The translations under genes were made by a program, and so were the position numbers. Under the pieces are notes generated by a model that did no database searches, was not told the DNA's origin, and worked only from the letters and a program-made list of their open reading frames with translations. A stretch of DNA of 64,000 bases from an uncultured Clostridium sp. (GTDB lineage: Bacteria; Bacillota; Clostridia; TANB77; CAG-508): positions 37,464-101,463 of the forward strand of contig CAYWAH010000001.1 of NCBI GenBank assembly GCA_964456505.1, written 5' to 3'. Below, one piece after another: positions 55,162-64,000 of this stretch. The stretch's first letter is position 1. Every line of letters starts with the position of its first letter.

Positions 55162-58100
55162 ATGGATGATAAAAATAATAAAAATAAAAAGGATTTTGGC
55201 TTAGATGAAACACATATTATGAAAACAGAAAATGATGATTCTAATTATGAAGATTTAGATGAAACTAAAATCATGAAAATTGATGAAGATGAGAAAAACG
55301 AAGATATTGATGAAACAAAGTTAGTTGACAATATTGAACTTAAAAATGAAGATGCTTCTGATAATGATGAAACTAGAATTTTAAATCCAATTGATAAGGA
55401 TGATTTAGGTGAGGATGTAATTATGTCTAAAACAAAAAAAGAAACCAATAAAGAAAACAAGAAAGACGATAAGAAAAAATATAAAAAAACAAAAACAAAG
55501 AAGAACCACAAAAAACTTAAGATATTTTTTAAAACTTTATTGATAATTCTTCTTATTCTTATTGTGGCTGCAATTGCTGGTTTTTTTGCAATACTAAAAA
55601 CTGATAAATGGACTATTTCAAAAGATGAATTTTTAAGTGATGGTGGAGCAAAAATTTACAATAAAGATGGAGAAATAATTACTACACTTACAGGTGACGA
55701 AATTAACAAAAAGGTTGAATTATCTGAAATGGGTAGAATACCAGAAGCCTTTGTTTCTATTGAAGATGAAAGATTCTATGAACACAAGGGAGTTGATGTT
55801 AAAAGAACTACTCATGCTATATTAAGTTACATATTTACGGGTGGAAAGTCTAATTTTGGTGGAAGTACAATTACACAACAATTAGTAAAAATCACAATGA
55901 AAGATGACCAAAGATCAGGCGCAGCAGGTGTTCAAAGAAAAATTAGAGAGTGGTCTAGAGCAAATCAAGTTGAAGAGATGTTAACAAAAGACCAAATTCT
56001 ACAAAGATATTTGAATAGAATTTATCTAGGTTCTTCAAATGGCTTGGAAATTAGAGGTGTTGAATCAGCTTCACTTTATTATTTCAGTAAATCTGCTAAA
56101 GATTTGAGCATTGCTCAATCATGCTTTATCGCCGGAATAAACCATTCACCAGCATATTATAATCCATTTACTTCAACAGATGATGAAACAATGGAAAGAA
56201 TAAAAAGCAGAACTAAAACAGTTATCAACAAAATGGCTGAATTAGGAAAAATCTCTGATGAAGAAAAACAACAAGCATTAGATGAAGTCAATAATGGACT
56301 AGAATTTAAACAAGGCTCATTATCAAATGGAAAATCTGATGTTTCATATTTAGCAGCTGCAGCAATCAACCAAATAGCACAAGAATTATCAGATAAAAAT
56401 GATATAGAGTATAGTGAAGCTAGAGATGTATTAATAAGCAGTGGATATTCAATATACACAACAGAAGATACAGACATTCAAAATAAAATGAAAACAATAT
56501 TTGAAGACCCTAAATATCAAGTAAAAGGAACGAATCCAAAAGATCGTAATGCAGATAGAACAGGTCAATCTGCAATGGTAATTATCGAGCCATCAACAGG
56601 ATATGTTGTTGGAGAGATGGGTGGATTAGGTGCAGATGCTGATACATTAGGATTAAACAGAGGTACATCAAAGAGACAAGGTGGATCTTCATTTAAACCA
56701 TTAGTTACAATAGCACCTGGACTTGAAAATAATGTAATTACTGCCGCTACACTATTCTATGATGCTAAAACAACATTTGCAGGAAACTATACTGTCAGAA
56801 ACGATAGTGATAGATACTATGGTGTAACTGATATGAGAACAATTCTTACACACTCATTAAATGTTCCAGAAATAAAATTACTTTCAATTATGGGAGTACA
56901 AAAATCAATTGATTTCTTATCACAATTAAATATTCAAGCGGACGCAAGTGCCGGATTAAGTATGGCTTTGGGAACAATTGATGTCTCTCCATTACAAATG
57001 GCTGCAGGATATGCAATGATTGCAAATGGTGGAAAATATATTACACCTACATTCTATACAAAAGTATTAGATAGAAGCGGAAACACTGTAATTGAAGCAA
57101 AGCAAGAAACAAAACAAGTAATGTCAGCAGAAAATGCATATATAGAAGAATCATTACTAACAGGACCAGTAAAATCAGGAACAGCAAGTAGATTTGCCTC
57201 ATATTTAGGTAAAATGGATGTTGGAGCAAAGACTGGTACAACACAAACAGCAGGTGATAGATGGTTATGTGGATTTACTCCATATTATGCAGCTGCTTGT
57301 TGGTATGGAAACGATAACAACAATGGTGAATTTAGAGGAACAAACCCAGCAGCAACAGTATGGTTTAATGTAATGAAACTTGTTCATCAAGACTTAGCTA
57401 CAAAATCTTTTGAAAAGCCTGATGGAATTGTTACTGTAAAAGTATGTAAAGATACAGGTAGAAAAGCAGGGGACAAATGTACAAATACTTATTCTGAAAT
57501 ATTTGCAAAATCAAATGTTCCTGATGTTTGCACAGGACATACAACAATTAAAGTTTGTAAGCAAACCGGAAAATTAGCAACTGAATTTTGTCCAGATGTT
57601 GAGGAAAGAACAAACCCTGGCGTAATTGACACAGAAAAGAATGCAACTTGGTCACCAAAAATTTCAGAGTCTAAAGATTTTCCAACAGAAACATGTGATG
57701 TTCATACAAAAGCACCAGATGTTGAGGTACCTGATGTTGTTGGAAAAACTCAAACAGAAGCTAAGAAAATTTTAGAGGCTGCAGGATTTGTTGCTGATCC
57801 AAAACTAGATAATATTAATGGATATAATAAAGATCAGGTTTCTTCACAAATCCCAAAAGCAAAAGAAAAAGCAGCAAAGGGAAGCAAAGTAACCATTACA
57901 GTAAATCAATCTGATAATAGAAAAACAGTTCCAAATGTTGAAAAGAAAACTTTATCAGAAGCTAAAACTGCTATAGAATCTGCAGGATTTGCTGTTGATA
58001 TACAATATAAAGAAGATGTTGCCGGATATGCTAATGCTCAAGTTGTATCACAAAGTCCAAAGGCGAATGAAAAAGCAGCTAAAGGAACTAAAGTTACAAT

Positions 58101-58188
58101 TATAGTAAATAAAACAACAAACAACACAAATAAAACAAATACAGAAACAGCAACAGATACCACAAAAAAAATAATGGAAAGGGATTAG
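55162..58188 (+). CDS. Class A penicillin-binding protein (bifunctional GT51 transglycosylase/transpeptidase) with two C-terminal PASTA domains and a repeat-containing cytoplasmic N-terminal extension
   Basis: It carries the GT51 motifs EDERFYEHKGVD and RIYLG, the transpeptidase motifs SSFK (SxxK), SLN and KTGT, and two PASTA domains. A cytoplasmic extension of about 125 aa carries 4x DETxI(M/L)(K/N) repeats. Confidence 0.8.
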   Translation: MDDKNNKNKKDFGLDETHIMKTENDDSNYEDLDETKIMKIDEDEKNEDIDETKLVDNIELKNEDASDNDETRILNPIDKDDLGEDVIMSKTKKETNKENKKDDKKKYKKTKTKKNHKKLKIFFKTLLIILLILIVAAIAGFFAILKTDKWTISKDEFLSDGGAKIYNKDGEIITTLTGDEINKKVELSEMGRIPEAFVSIEDERFYEHKGVDVKRTTHAILSYIFTGGKSNFGGSTITQQLVKITMKDDQRSGAAGVQRKIREWSRANQVEEMLTKDQILQRYLNRIYLGSSNGLEIRGVESASLYYFSKSAKDLSIAQSCFIAGINHSPAYYNPFTSTDDETMERIKSRTKTVINKMAELGKISDEEKQQALDEVNNGLEFKQGSLSNGKSDVSYLAAAAINQIAQELSDKNDIEYSEARDVLISSGYSIYTTEDTDIQNKMKTIFEDPKYQVKGTNPKDRNADRTGQSAMVIIEPSTGYVVGEMGGLGADADTLGLNRGTSKRQGGSSFKPLVTIAPGLENNVITAATLFYDAKTTFAGNYTVRNDSDRYYGVTDMRTILTHSLNVPEIKLLSIMGVQKSIDFLSQLNIQADASAGLSMALGTIDVSPLQMAAGYAMIANGGKYITPTFYTKVLDRSGNTVIEAKQETKQVMSAENAYIEESLLTGPVKSGTASRFASYLGKMDVGAKTGTTQTAGDRWLCGFTPYYAAACWYGNDNNNGEFRGTNPAATVWFNVMKLVHQDLATKSFEKPDGIVTVKVCKDTGRKAGDKCTNTYSEIFAKSNVPDVCTGHTTIKVCKQTGKLATEFCPDVEERTNPGVIDTEKNATWSPKISESKDFPTETCDVHTKAPDVEVPDVVGKTQTEAKKILEAAGFVADPKLDNINGYNKDQVSSQIPKAKEKAAKGSKVTITVNQSDNRKTVPNVEKKTLSEAKTAIESAGFAVDIQYKEDVAGYANAQVVSQSPKANEKAAKGTKVTIIVNKTTNNTNKTNTETATDTTKKIMERD

Positions 58189-58226
58189 GAATTATTTATT
58201 AAATAATAATTACCTATACAAGAAAT

Positions 58227-59627
58227 ATGGATATATTTTTATATAACACATTAACACATGACAAAGAGAAATTTATTCCAGTTGAAAAAGGAAAAGTCAA
58301 TATGTATAGCTGTGGACCAACTGTCTACAGCTACGCTCATATTGGCAACTTCAGAACATATTTATTTATAGATTCTTTAAAGAGAATGTTCGAGTATAAT
58401 GGATACAAAATAAAAAGTGTTATGAACATAACAGATGTTGGACATTTAACATCTGATGCAGACACAGGTGAAGATAAGATGGAAAAGGCTGCAAAAAAGG
58501 AAGGAAAAGATCCTTATGAAATTGCAGACTTTTATACAAAAGCATTCTTAGAAGATTACGATTCTTTAAACATTGAAAGACCAACAATCTTAACAAAAGC
58601 AACAGAGAATATTGACCAAATGATGGAGATGGTTAAAGAAATAATAAAGAATGGCTATGGCTATGAAACAAGCAAGGGTATTTATTTTGATGTATCAAAA
58701 TTGGATAAATATCCTGTATTGTCAAATAATAAAGTAGATGATCAAGAAGCTGGTGCGAGAGTAGATGTTGATCCTGAAAAGAGAAATCCTTATGATTTTG
58801 CTTTATGGATTAAAGCGCCTGAAAACCATATTATGAAATGGGATAGCCCTTGGGGAAAATCTTACCCTGGCTGGCACCTTGAATGTTCTACAATGTCTAG
58901 AAGATTTCTAGGAGAGCACTTTGATATTCACACAGGTGGAGTTGACCATATTTCCATCCATCATGAAAACGAAATAGCACAATGCAAAGGTGCTTTTGGA
59001 CACAACCCTGCAAACTTTTGGATGCATTGCGAGTTCTTATTAGTTGATGGTGGAAAGATGTCTAAATCATTAGGAAATATTTACACTTTGAGTGATTTGA
59101 AAGAACAAGGAATTGAACCATTAGCATATAAACTATTTTGCTTTAGTTCACATTATAGAAACAAATTGAACTTTACTTTTGAAGGAATAAAATCTAGCCA
59201 AGTTGCTTTAAATAGACTAAGAAATAGTTATTTTTCACATGTGGGTGGAAAAGCAAAAATAGATGAAGCAAAAATAAAAGATTATGAAAATAAATTCTTA
59301 TTAGCAATAAATGATGACTTGAATATGCCATTAGCATTAGGAATTGTATGGGATGCTTTGAAAAATAACGAGAAATCTCAAGATATTGCAGACCTAATAC
59401 TTAAATTTGATAGAGTATTAGGATTAGATTTGGCAAATTCAGAAAAATATTTAGACAGCGAAGAAAGCGAAATTCCTGAAGAAATAATGGAATTAGCAGA
59501 AAAAAGAAAACAATATAAACAGGAAAAAAATTGGGCAGAAGCAGATAAAATAAGAGATGAAATACAAAGCAAAGGATATAAGATTGTTGATTTGCAAAAT
59601 GGAGAAATATCTGTAGTAAAATTATAA
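58227..59627 (+). CDS. cysS: Cysteine--tRNA ligase
   Basis: It carries the HIGH motif (AHIGNFRTY), the KMSKS motif and Zn-binding cysteines. The protein is 466 aa. Confidence 0.9.
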   Translation: MDIFLYNTLTHDKEKFIPVEKGKVNMYSCGPTVYSYAHIGNFRTYLFIDSLKRMFEYNGYKIKSVMNITDVGHLTSDADTGEDKMEKAAKKEGKDPYEIADFYTKAFLEDYDSLNIERPTILTKATENIDQMMEMVKEIIKNGYGYETSKGIYFDVSKLDKYPVLSNNKVDDQEAGARVDVDPEKRNPYDFALWIKAPENHIMKWDSPWGKSYPGWHLECSTMSRRFLGEHFDIHTGGVDHISIHHENEIAQCKGAFGHNPANFWMHCEFLLVDGGKMSKSLGNIYTLSDLKEQGIEPLAYKLFCFSSHYRNKLNFTFEGIKSSQVALNRLRNSYFSHVGGKAKIDEAKIKDYENKFLLAINDDLNMPLALGIVWDALKNNEKSQDIADLILKFDRVLGLDLANSEKYLDSEESEIPEEIMELAEKRKQYKQEKNWAEADKIRDEIQSKGYKIVDLQNGEISVVKL

Positions 59628-59645
59628 AATATTAAGAGGTTTTTA

Positions 59646-60755
59646 ATGGAAAAAAAAGATTTGAAAAAAGAAAATGAAAATTCAAATGCAGAATCAAACG
59701 AAAAAAAAATTAAAAATACAAACATAGAATCAAATAAAGAGAATACAGCCAAGACAGATTCTAGTGGAAAAAATTCTGAAAACAAAAATAATAAAGATGA
59801 TAACAAACCTAAAGAATTGAAACTATCTTTTTGGAAAAGAGTAAAAACAAGTATTTTTGATTTTGACAAATATTATATTGTTGCAGGGGAAAGCGCATCA
59901 AAATCTGTAGGATATTTATTTAAACTATTAGCAATTTTTGCTTTAGTTTTTGCAATTGTGTTTACTTATAAAATGTCAACAATTATTGTGGATTGTTGCA
60001 ACTATTTATACAATGATTTACCAGACTTTAAAGTTGAGAACAATGAATTTTCAATTGACTCCGCTGATCCAATAACTATTAAAAATAATACTTATGTTCC
60101 TTTAAAAATTGTTTTGGATAATACTGAAGACTATGAAAAATACAATAATTTAGACTCAGTCTTAAAAGATGGTTACACTATAATATTTACAAAAAACAAG
60201 ATTATAACTAAAAGTCCTGATAGTAACTTAATAACAGGAGATTATCAGAATGTATTAAGCCAAATTGGGAAAGATTCAATAAATAAAGAAGAAATAATAA
60301 GCATGTTTAAAGACAATTCAAATATTTATTCTAGCATGTTTATTTGTGTATTTATATTAATGTTTATAATTTACGGAATAGTATTGTTCTTTAATGCATT
60401 GGCTTTATCGTTATTGGCATGGGTTCTCATAGGTATTATGAAATTGCCACTAAAATATTATTCTGCATTCAGTATTTCTGCTTCGGCAATTACATTACCT
60501 GTGATTCTAAATATAGTTTATATTGTATTTAATATTTTAACTGGATTTAAAATGGAATACTTTAATGTAATGTACACAATAATTTCATTTATTTATATTT
60601 TTGCAGCAATCATAATGCTTCGCTCAACATTGATTAAAAACAACGATAAAATAAATGAAGAAATAAAAAAGAGAATTAAAGAATCAAAGAACAAAAATGA
60701 TAATGATGAATCTACTGCTGAAATCAAAGAAAATGAAAGCAACGATAATGACTAA
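59646..60755 (+). CDS. Hypothetical polytopic membrane protein with charged N- and C-terminal tails
   Basis: It has a K/E/N-rich N-terminus, several TM helices and no recognised catalytic motif. Confidence 0.45.
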   Translation: MEKKDLKKENENSNAESNEKKIKNTNIESNKENTAKTDSSGKNSENKNNKDDNKPKELKLSFWKRVKTSIFDFDKYYIVAGESASKSVGYLFKLLAIFALVFAIVFTYKMSTIIVDCCNYLYNDLPDFKVENNEFSIDSADPITIKNNTYVPLKIVLDNTEDYEKYNNLDSVLKDGYTIIFTKNKIITKSPDSNLITGDYQNVLSQIGKDSINKEEIISMFKDNSNIYSSMFICVFILMFIIYGIVLFFNALALSLLAWVLIGIMKLPLKYYSAFSISASAITLPVILNIVYIVFNILTGFKMEYFNVMYTIISFIYIFAAIIMLRSTLIKNNDKINEEIKKRIKESKNKNDNDESTAEIKENESNDND

Positions 60756-60772
60756 AAGAAAGGATACTTAAA

Positions 60773-62626
60773 ATGTCAGAAGAGAAAAAAGATAACAACA
60801 ATAATAAGCCTGAAAAAGACAAAAATTCTAACAAAGATAATAAATTAAAATTGAAAATTCTATATATTTTATTAACAATTGTATGTGTTGCTTTGGCTTT
60901 ACTATGCACATATTTTGCAACAAAAAACATAAAGAAAGAAGATGACAACAAAGTTGATTATACACAATTGATTAAAGATATTGATGAAAACAAAATTGAA
61001 AAAATTGAGATGACAGTTGGAAGCAAGTCAATAAAAATAAAATATAAAGGACAATCAGATGATGACGAAAAGAAAACTAGTATAGTACCTGATACGCAAG
61101 CATTTGTTGAATTAGTTCAAAACAAAACACTAGAAGGAAAAGACGTTGTACTAGAGCAAAAAAATAAGAATCCTCTTTTTGTAATGTCTGAAGGCTTAAT
61201 TTCTTTAATTCCTACAATAATTATTGCAGCAATGTTTTTGATGATTTTAAAAATGCAAGGAATGGGAGAAAAGGGAAAGGTATATGATGCAGATGTATCA
61301 GATACTAAAGTAACTTTCAAAGATGTAGCAGGACTTAAAGAAGAAAAAGCAGAAGTAATGGAAATTGTAGAATTCCTTAAGAACCCTGAAAAATACAAGA
61401 AAATGGGAGCAAGAGTTCCAAAGGGAGTACTTTTAACAGGAAAGCCTGGAACTGGAAAAACATTGATAGCAAAGGCAATTGCAGGCGAAGCAAACGTTCC
61501 TTTTATTTCGATGAGTGGATCAGAATTTATTGAGATGTTTGCAGGACTTGGTGCTTCAAGAGTTAGAAAATTATTTGAAAAAGCAGAAAAATTGTCGCCA
61601 TGTATTATTTTTATTGATGAAATTGATGCAATAGGTGCAAGAAGATCAAGCTCAAATAGTGCAGATACTGAAAACAACCAAACATTAAATCAATTATTGG
61701 TTAAAATGGATGGATTTGATACAGATTCATCAGTAATAGTAATAGGTGCAACAAATAGACCTGAAATGCTTGATGATGCTTTATTAAGACCAGGTAGATT
61801 TGATAGAACTATAGTAATTGGTTTACCAGATATTAAAGATAGAGAAGAAATATTAAAAATTCATTCAAAAAATAAAAAGCTTGATGAAAATGTTAACTTA
61901 AAATCTATTGCAGAAGATACCGCTGGATTTTCAGGCGCAGAGATTGCAAATATTTTAAATGAGGCAGCAATTTATGCAGCAAATAGAAATCATGAAGCAA
62001 TCAGCACAGATGATATTGAAGATGCTTTAAAGAAGGTAACTGTTGGACTTGAAAAGAAAGATAGAGTTGTTTCTGATAAAGATAAAAAATTAACAGCATA
62101 CCACGAAGCAGGACATGCTGTTGTAAGCAGATATTTACCAACTCAAAATGTGGTAAAAGAAATATCAATTATTCCAAGAGGTGTTGCTGGTGGCTATACA
62201 ATGTATAAAACTAATGAAGATAAATTCTACATTTCAAAAACTGAAATGGAAGAAAAACTTGTATCTTTGTTAGGAGGTAGAGCAGCAGAAAAAGTCGCTT
62301 TAAATGAAATTTCTACAGGCGCTAGTAACGACTTAGAAGTTGCTTTAAAAATTGCACGTGATATGGTTACAGTATATGGTATGGATGATAAAATTGGCCC
62401 AATTTCAATGAATTTAGAAAAAGATCCTTATCAATTACAACTTTTGGGCGACAATATGGAAAATGAAATTGGCAAAGAAGTTAGAATTATTCTTGATAAT
62501 GCTTATGAAAAGGCTAAAAATATTTTAGTGCTTCATAGAGATAAGCTTGATCAAGTTGCAAGTGTTCTTCTAGAAAATGAAAAAATCAATGAAGAGCAAT
62601 TCAACGAAATTTTCAAAGAGAATTAG
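60773..62626 (+). CDS. ftsH: ATP-dependent zinc metalloprotease FtsH
   Basis: It has two TM helices, the Walker A motif GKPGTGKT, an SRH region and the Zn motif HEAGHAV. Confidence 0.9.
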   Translation: MSEEKKDNNNNKPEKDKNSNKDNKLKLKILYILLTIVCVALALLCTYFATKNIKKEDDNKVDYTQLIKDIDENKIEKIEMTVGSKSIKIKYKGQSDDDEKKTSIVPDTQAFVELVQNKTLEGKDVVLEQKNKNPLFVMSEGLISLIPTIIIAAMFLMILKMQGMGEKGKVYDADVSDTKVTFKDVAGLKEEKAEVMEIVEFLKNPEKYKKMGARVPKGVLLTGKPGTGKTLIAKAIAGEANVPFISMSGSEFIEMFAGLGASRVRKLFEKAEKLSPCIIFIDEIDAIGARRSSSNSADTENNQTLNQLLVKMDGFDTDSSVIVIGATNRPEMLDDALLRPGRFDRTIVIGLPDIKDREEILKIHSKNKKLDENVNLKSIAEDTAGFSGAEIANILNEAAIYAANRNHEAISTDDIEDALKKVTVGLEKKDRVVSDKDKKLTAYHEAGHAVVSRYLPTQNVVKEISIIPRGVAGGYTMYKTNEDKFYISKTEMEEKLVSLLGGRAAEKVALNEISTGASNDLEVALKIARDMVTVYGMDDKIGPISMNLEKDPYQLQLLGDNMENEIGKEVRIILDNAYEKAKNILVLHRDKLDQVASVLLENEKINEEQFNEIFKEN

Positions 62627-62685
62627 CTACGCGTGCCTGCAAAATAACATATTTGTATTTTTTATTATTACGATTACTATAATAA

Positions 62686-62720
62686 AAAAATCTAATTGCA
62701 ATTTGCAATTAGATTTTTTA
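62686..62720. terminator. Bidirectional terminator between ftsH (+) and rpsU (-)
   Basis: The perfect stem AATCTAATTGCAA / TTGCAATTAGATT is flanked by an A-run and a T-run. Confidence 0.7.
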
Positions 62721-62734
62721 AATTTTCTATAAAA

Positions 62735-62914
62735 TTAGAACTTTCTCTTTCTAGCAGCTTCAGACTTCTTCTTTCTTTTTACGCTAGGTTTTTCATAACA
62801 TTCTCTTTTTCTAACTTCTTGAAGAATTCCATTTCTAGCACATTGTCTTTTAAATCTTTTGATGGCATCTTCAACATTTCCATTATTAACTTTTATCTCT
62901 GGCACTTTTATCAT
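62735..62914 (-). CDS. rpsU: 30S ribosomal protein S21
   Basis: The C-terminus [20 protein letters not shown] is identical to Bacillus S21. The core DAIKRFKR is conserved. An AAGGAG RBS is present, with an alternative GTG start 9 nt further on. Confidence 0.75.
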   Translation of the reverse strand: MIKVPEIKVNNGNVEDAIKRFKRQCARNGILQEVRKRECYEKPSVKRKKKSEAARKRKF

Positions 62915-63118
62915 CTCCTTCCAATGTATATCTGGGATGATTGAGTAATTCAATCTTTCTTCGTACTTTGCAATTATACATTATAATAGCACCAAAAGTC
63001 AATAGATTTGAATCAAAAATTAAAGTTCACTATTAATTAGAACTCATAATGTTATATTTATTAAAATAAAAAATTGATATTATAAAAAATAAAATATTTT
63101 AAAAATACCCCCAAGAGA

Positions 63119-63147
63119 TTGCATTTTAGTATACTTAATTATATAAT
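63119..63147 (+). promoter_or_regulatory. Promoter of the VanZ-family gene: -35 TTGCAT (63119-63124), 17 nt, -10 TATAAT (63142-63147)
   Basis: The hexamers and spacing fit. An AAGGAGAA RBS lies downstream. Confidence 0.45.
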
Positions 63148-63173
63148 AAGAATAAAAAAGGAGAATTTATAAA

Positions 63174-63734
63174 ATGAAATATTCTTATAAAATAATAATT
63201 TGCATTTTATTAACTATTCTGATGGTTACATGGTGCGTATGCATTTATAAACTATCTGACATGAATACTCAAAAGTCGAATGGAAAAAGCACAGATATTT
63301 TAGCAATATTTATTGAAGATACACTAAGTGTAACTAATGATTATGGAATAACAAATTCACACCCTACAGATAATAAATTGGCAAGGGCTTCACAATTAAT
63401 TAACCCTGTTATGAGAAAGGTAGCACATGCCTTTGTCTATTTTGTATTAGCATTTATTCTAAGCCTTTTATTAAACCTTTTAACAAACAATAAACATTTT
63501 TGGATATCATTTTTTATTGCATTTATTTTATGTTTCTTGTATGCAATGTCTGATGAATACCATCAAATGTTTGTACCAGGTAGAACATCAAGGTTTACTG
63601 ATGTAATTATTGATAGTACTGGGGCATTAGTTGGATTATTATTCTTTGGTACATATCATTTAGTATATTTATTTGGCAAGAGAGACAAAAAAATAGAAAT
63701 AGAAGAATCAAAGAAAATTGAAGATTTAGATTAA
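63174..63734 (+). CDS. VanZ-family membrane protein
   Basis: The VanZ signature is RKVAHAFVYFVL...SDEYHQMFVPGRT..F.DVIIDSTG. Confidence 0.7.
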   Translation: MKYSYKIIICILLTILMVTWCVCIYKLSDMNTQKSNGKSTDILAIFIEDTLSVTNDYGITNSHPTDNKLARASQLINPVMRKVAHAFVYFVLAFILSLLLNLLTNNKHFWISFFIAFILCFLYAMSDEYHQMFVPGRTSRFTDVIIDSTGALVGLLFFGTYHLVYLFGKRDKKIEIEESKKIEDLD

Positions 63735-63829
63735 TTTTAATTTATTCAAAAGAGAAAATAGAGATTATTTATGTTACATTTGTCCATAAAATAAAAGGAA
63801 AAAATGGCTTGGAAAAAATATTATATATG

Positions 63830-63870
63830 AAAAGTTTTTACATTTTTGTGTAAAAACTTTTTTATTTTGA
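63830..63870 (+). terminator. Rho-independent terminator
   Basis: The stem AAAAGTTTTTACA / TGTAAAAACTTTT is followed by TTATTTT. Confidence 0.55.
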
Positions 63871-64000
63871 AAATCTTTATAAAAAAATTTTTATCTATAA
63901 TACTAAAATTATGAGGCACAAAACTGCAAAAGAATATTTTGTGTGAATGGTTCAAATTAAAAAAATAAATAAAAAATGATGTGACCCCAAATTAGGAGAC

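Noticed and set aside
62696-62944. Plus-strand 82-aa ORF overlapping rpsU.
   Set aside because: The opposite strand encodes ribosomal protein S21, whose C-terminus is identical to Bacillus S21. The + ORF is low-complexity and has no RBS.
1-64000. CRISPR arrays, IS elements/transposases, prophage genes and rRNA operons.
   Set aside because: No regularly spaced direct repeats with unique spacers were found, no transposase or integrase-like ORF, and no rRNA-like GC-rich conserved segments. The AT-rich (AAATCAGAAT)n leader at 15560-15640 is too short and irregular to be a CRISPR.

Overview
This is an AT-rich (roughly 28-30% GC) chromosomal segment from a low-GC Firmicutes genome, probably a spore-forming Clostridia- or Erysipelotrichia-like organism. 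It is densely coded, and almost every gene is on the + strand. The recognisable housekeeping genes are: mtaD-like amidohydrolase (5' partial), thyA-folA, tRNA-Leu(CAA), an M29 aminopeptidase, clpE, pgsA, comM-dprA-yraN, a cytoplasmic alpha-amylase and a CE4 deacetylase (both on the - strand), htrA, gatCAB, an alpha/beta SASP (- strand), glmM, fba, smpB, spoIIE (split by a frameshift), prmC, whiA, hemW, cdaA, truA, mutS2, priA-def-fmt, acpS, tatD, lemA, greA, a class A PBP with PASTA domains, cysS, ftsH, rpsU (- strand) and a VanZ-family protein. The most unusual region lies directly 3' of tRNA-Leu (about 3.3-7.8 kb). It is a six-gene, translationally coupled accessory operon: DUF488, ASCH, a glycosyltransferase-remnant::Nudix fusion, a second ASCH, an APH-family small-molecule kinase and an Lsa/CplR-like ABC-F protein. 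The operon is bounded by a deleted second copy of the Nudix gene (direct-repeat scar), and two tandem paralogous bitopic membrane proteins follow it. Other items worth a second look are an orphan SPASM-domain protein lacking a radical-SAM core, a GC-rich structured intergenic element upstream of smpB, a conserved 30-nt hairpin motif upstream of both mutS2 and fmt, an 85-bp perfect inverted-repeat element with a buried Shine-Dalgarno sequence upstream of a WG-repeat protein, a repetitive leader upstream of comM, and the frameshifted spoIIE. No CRISPR array, IS element, rRNA or tmRNA was recognised.
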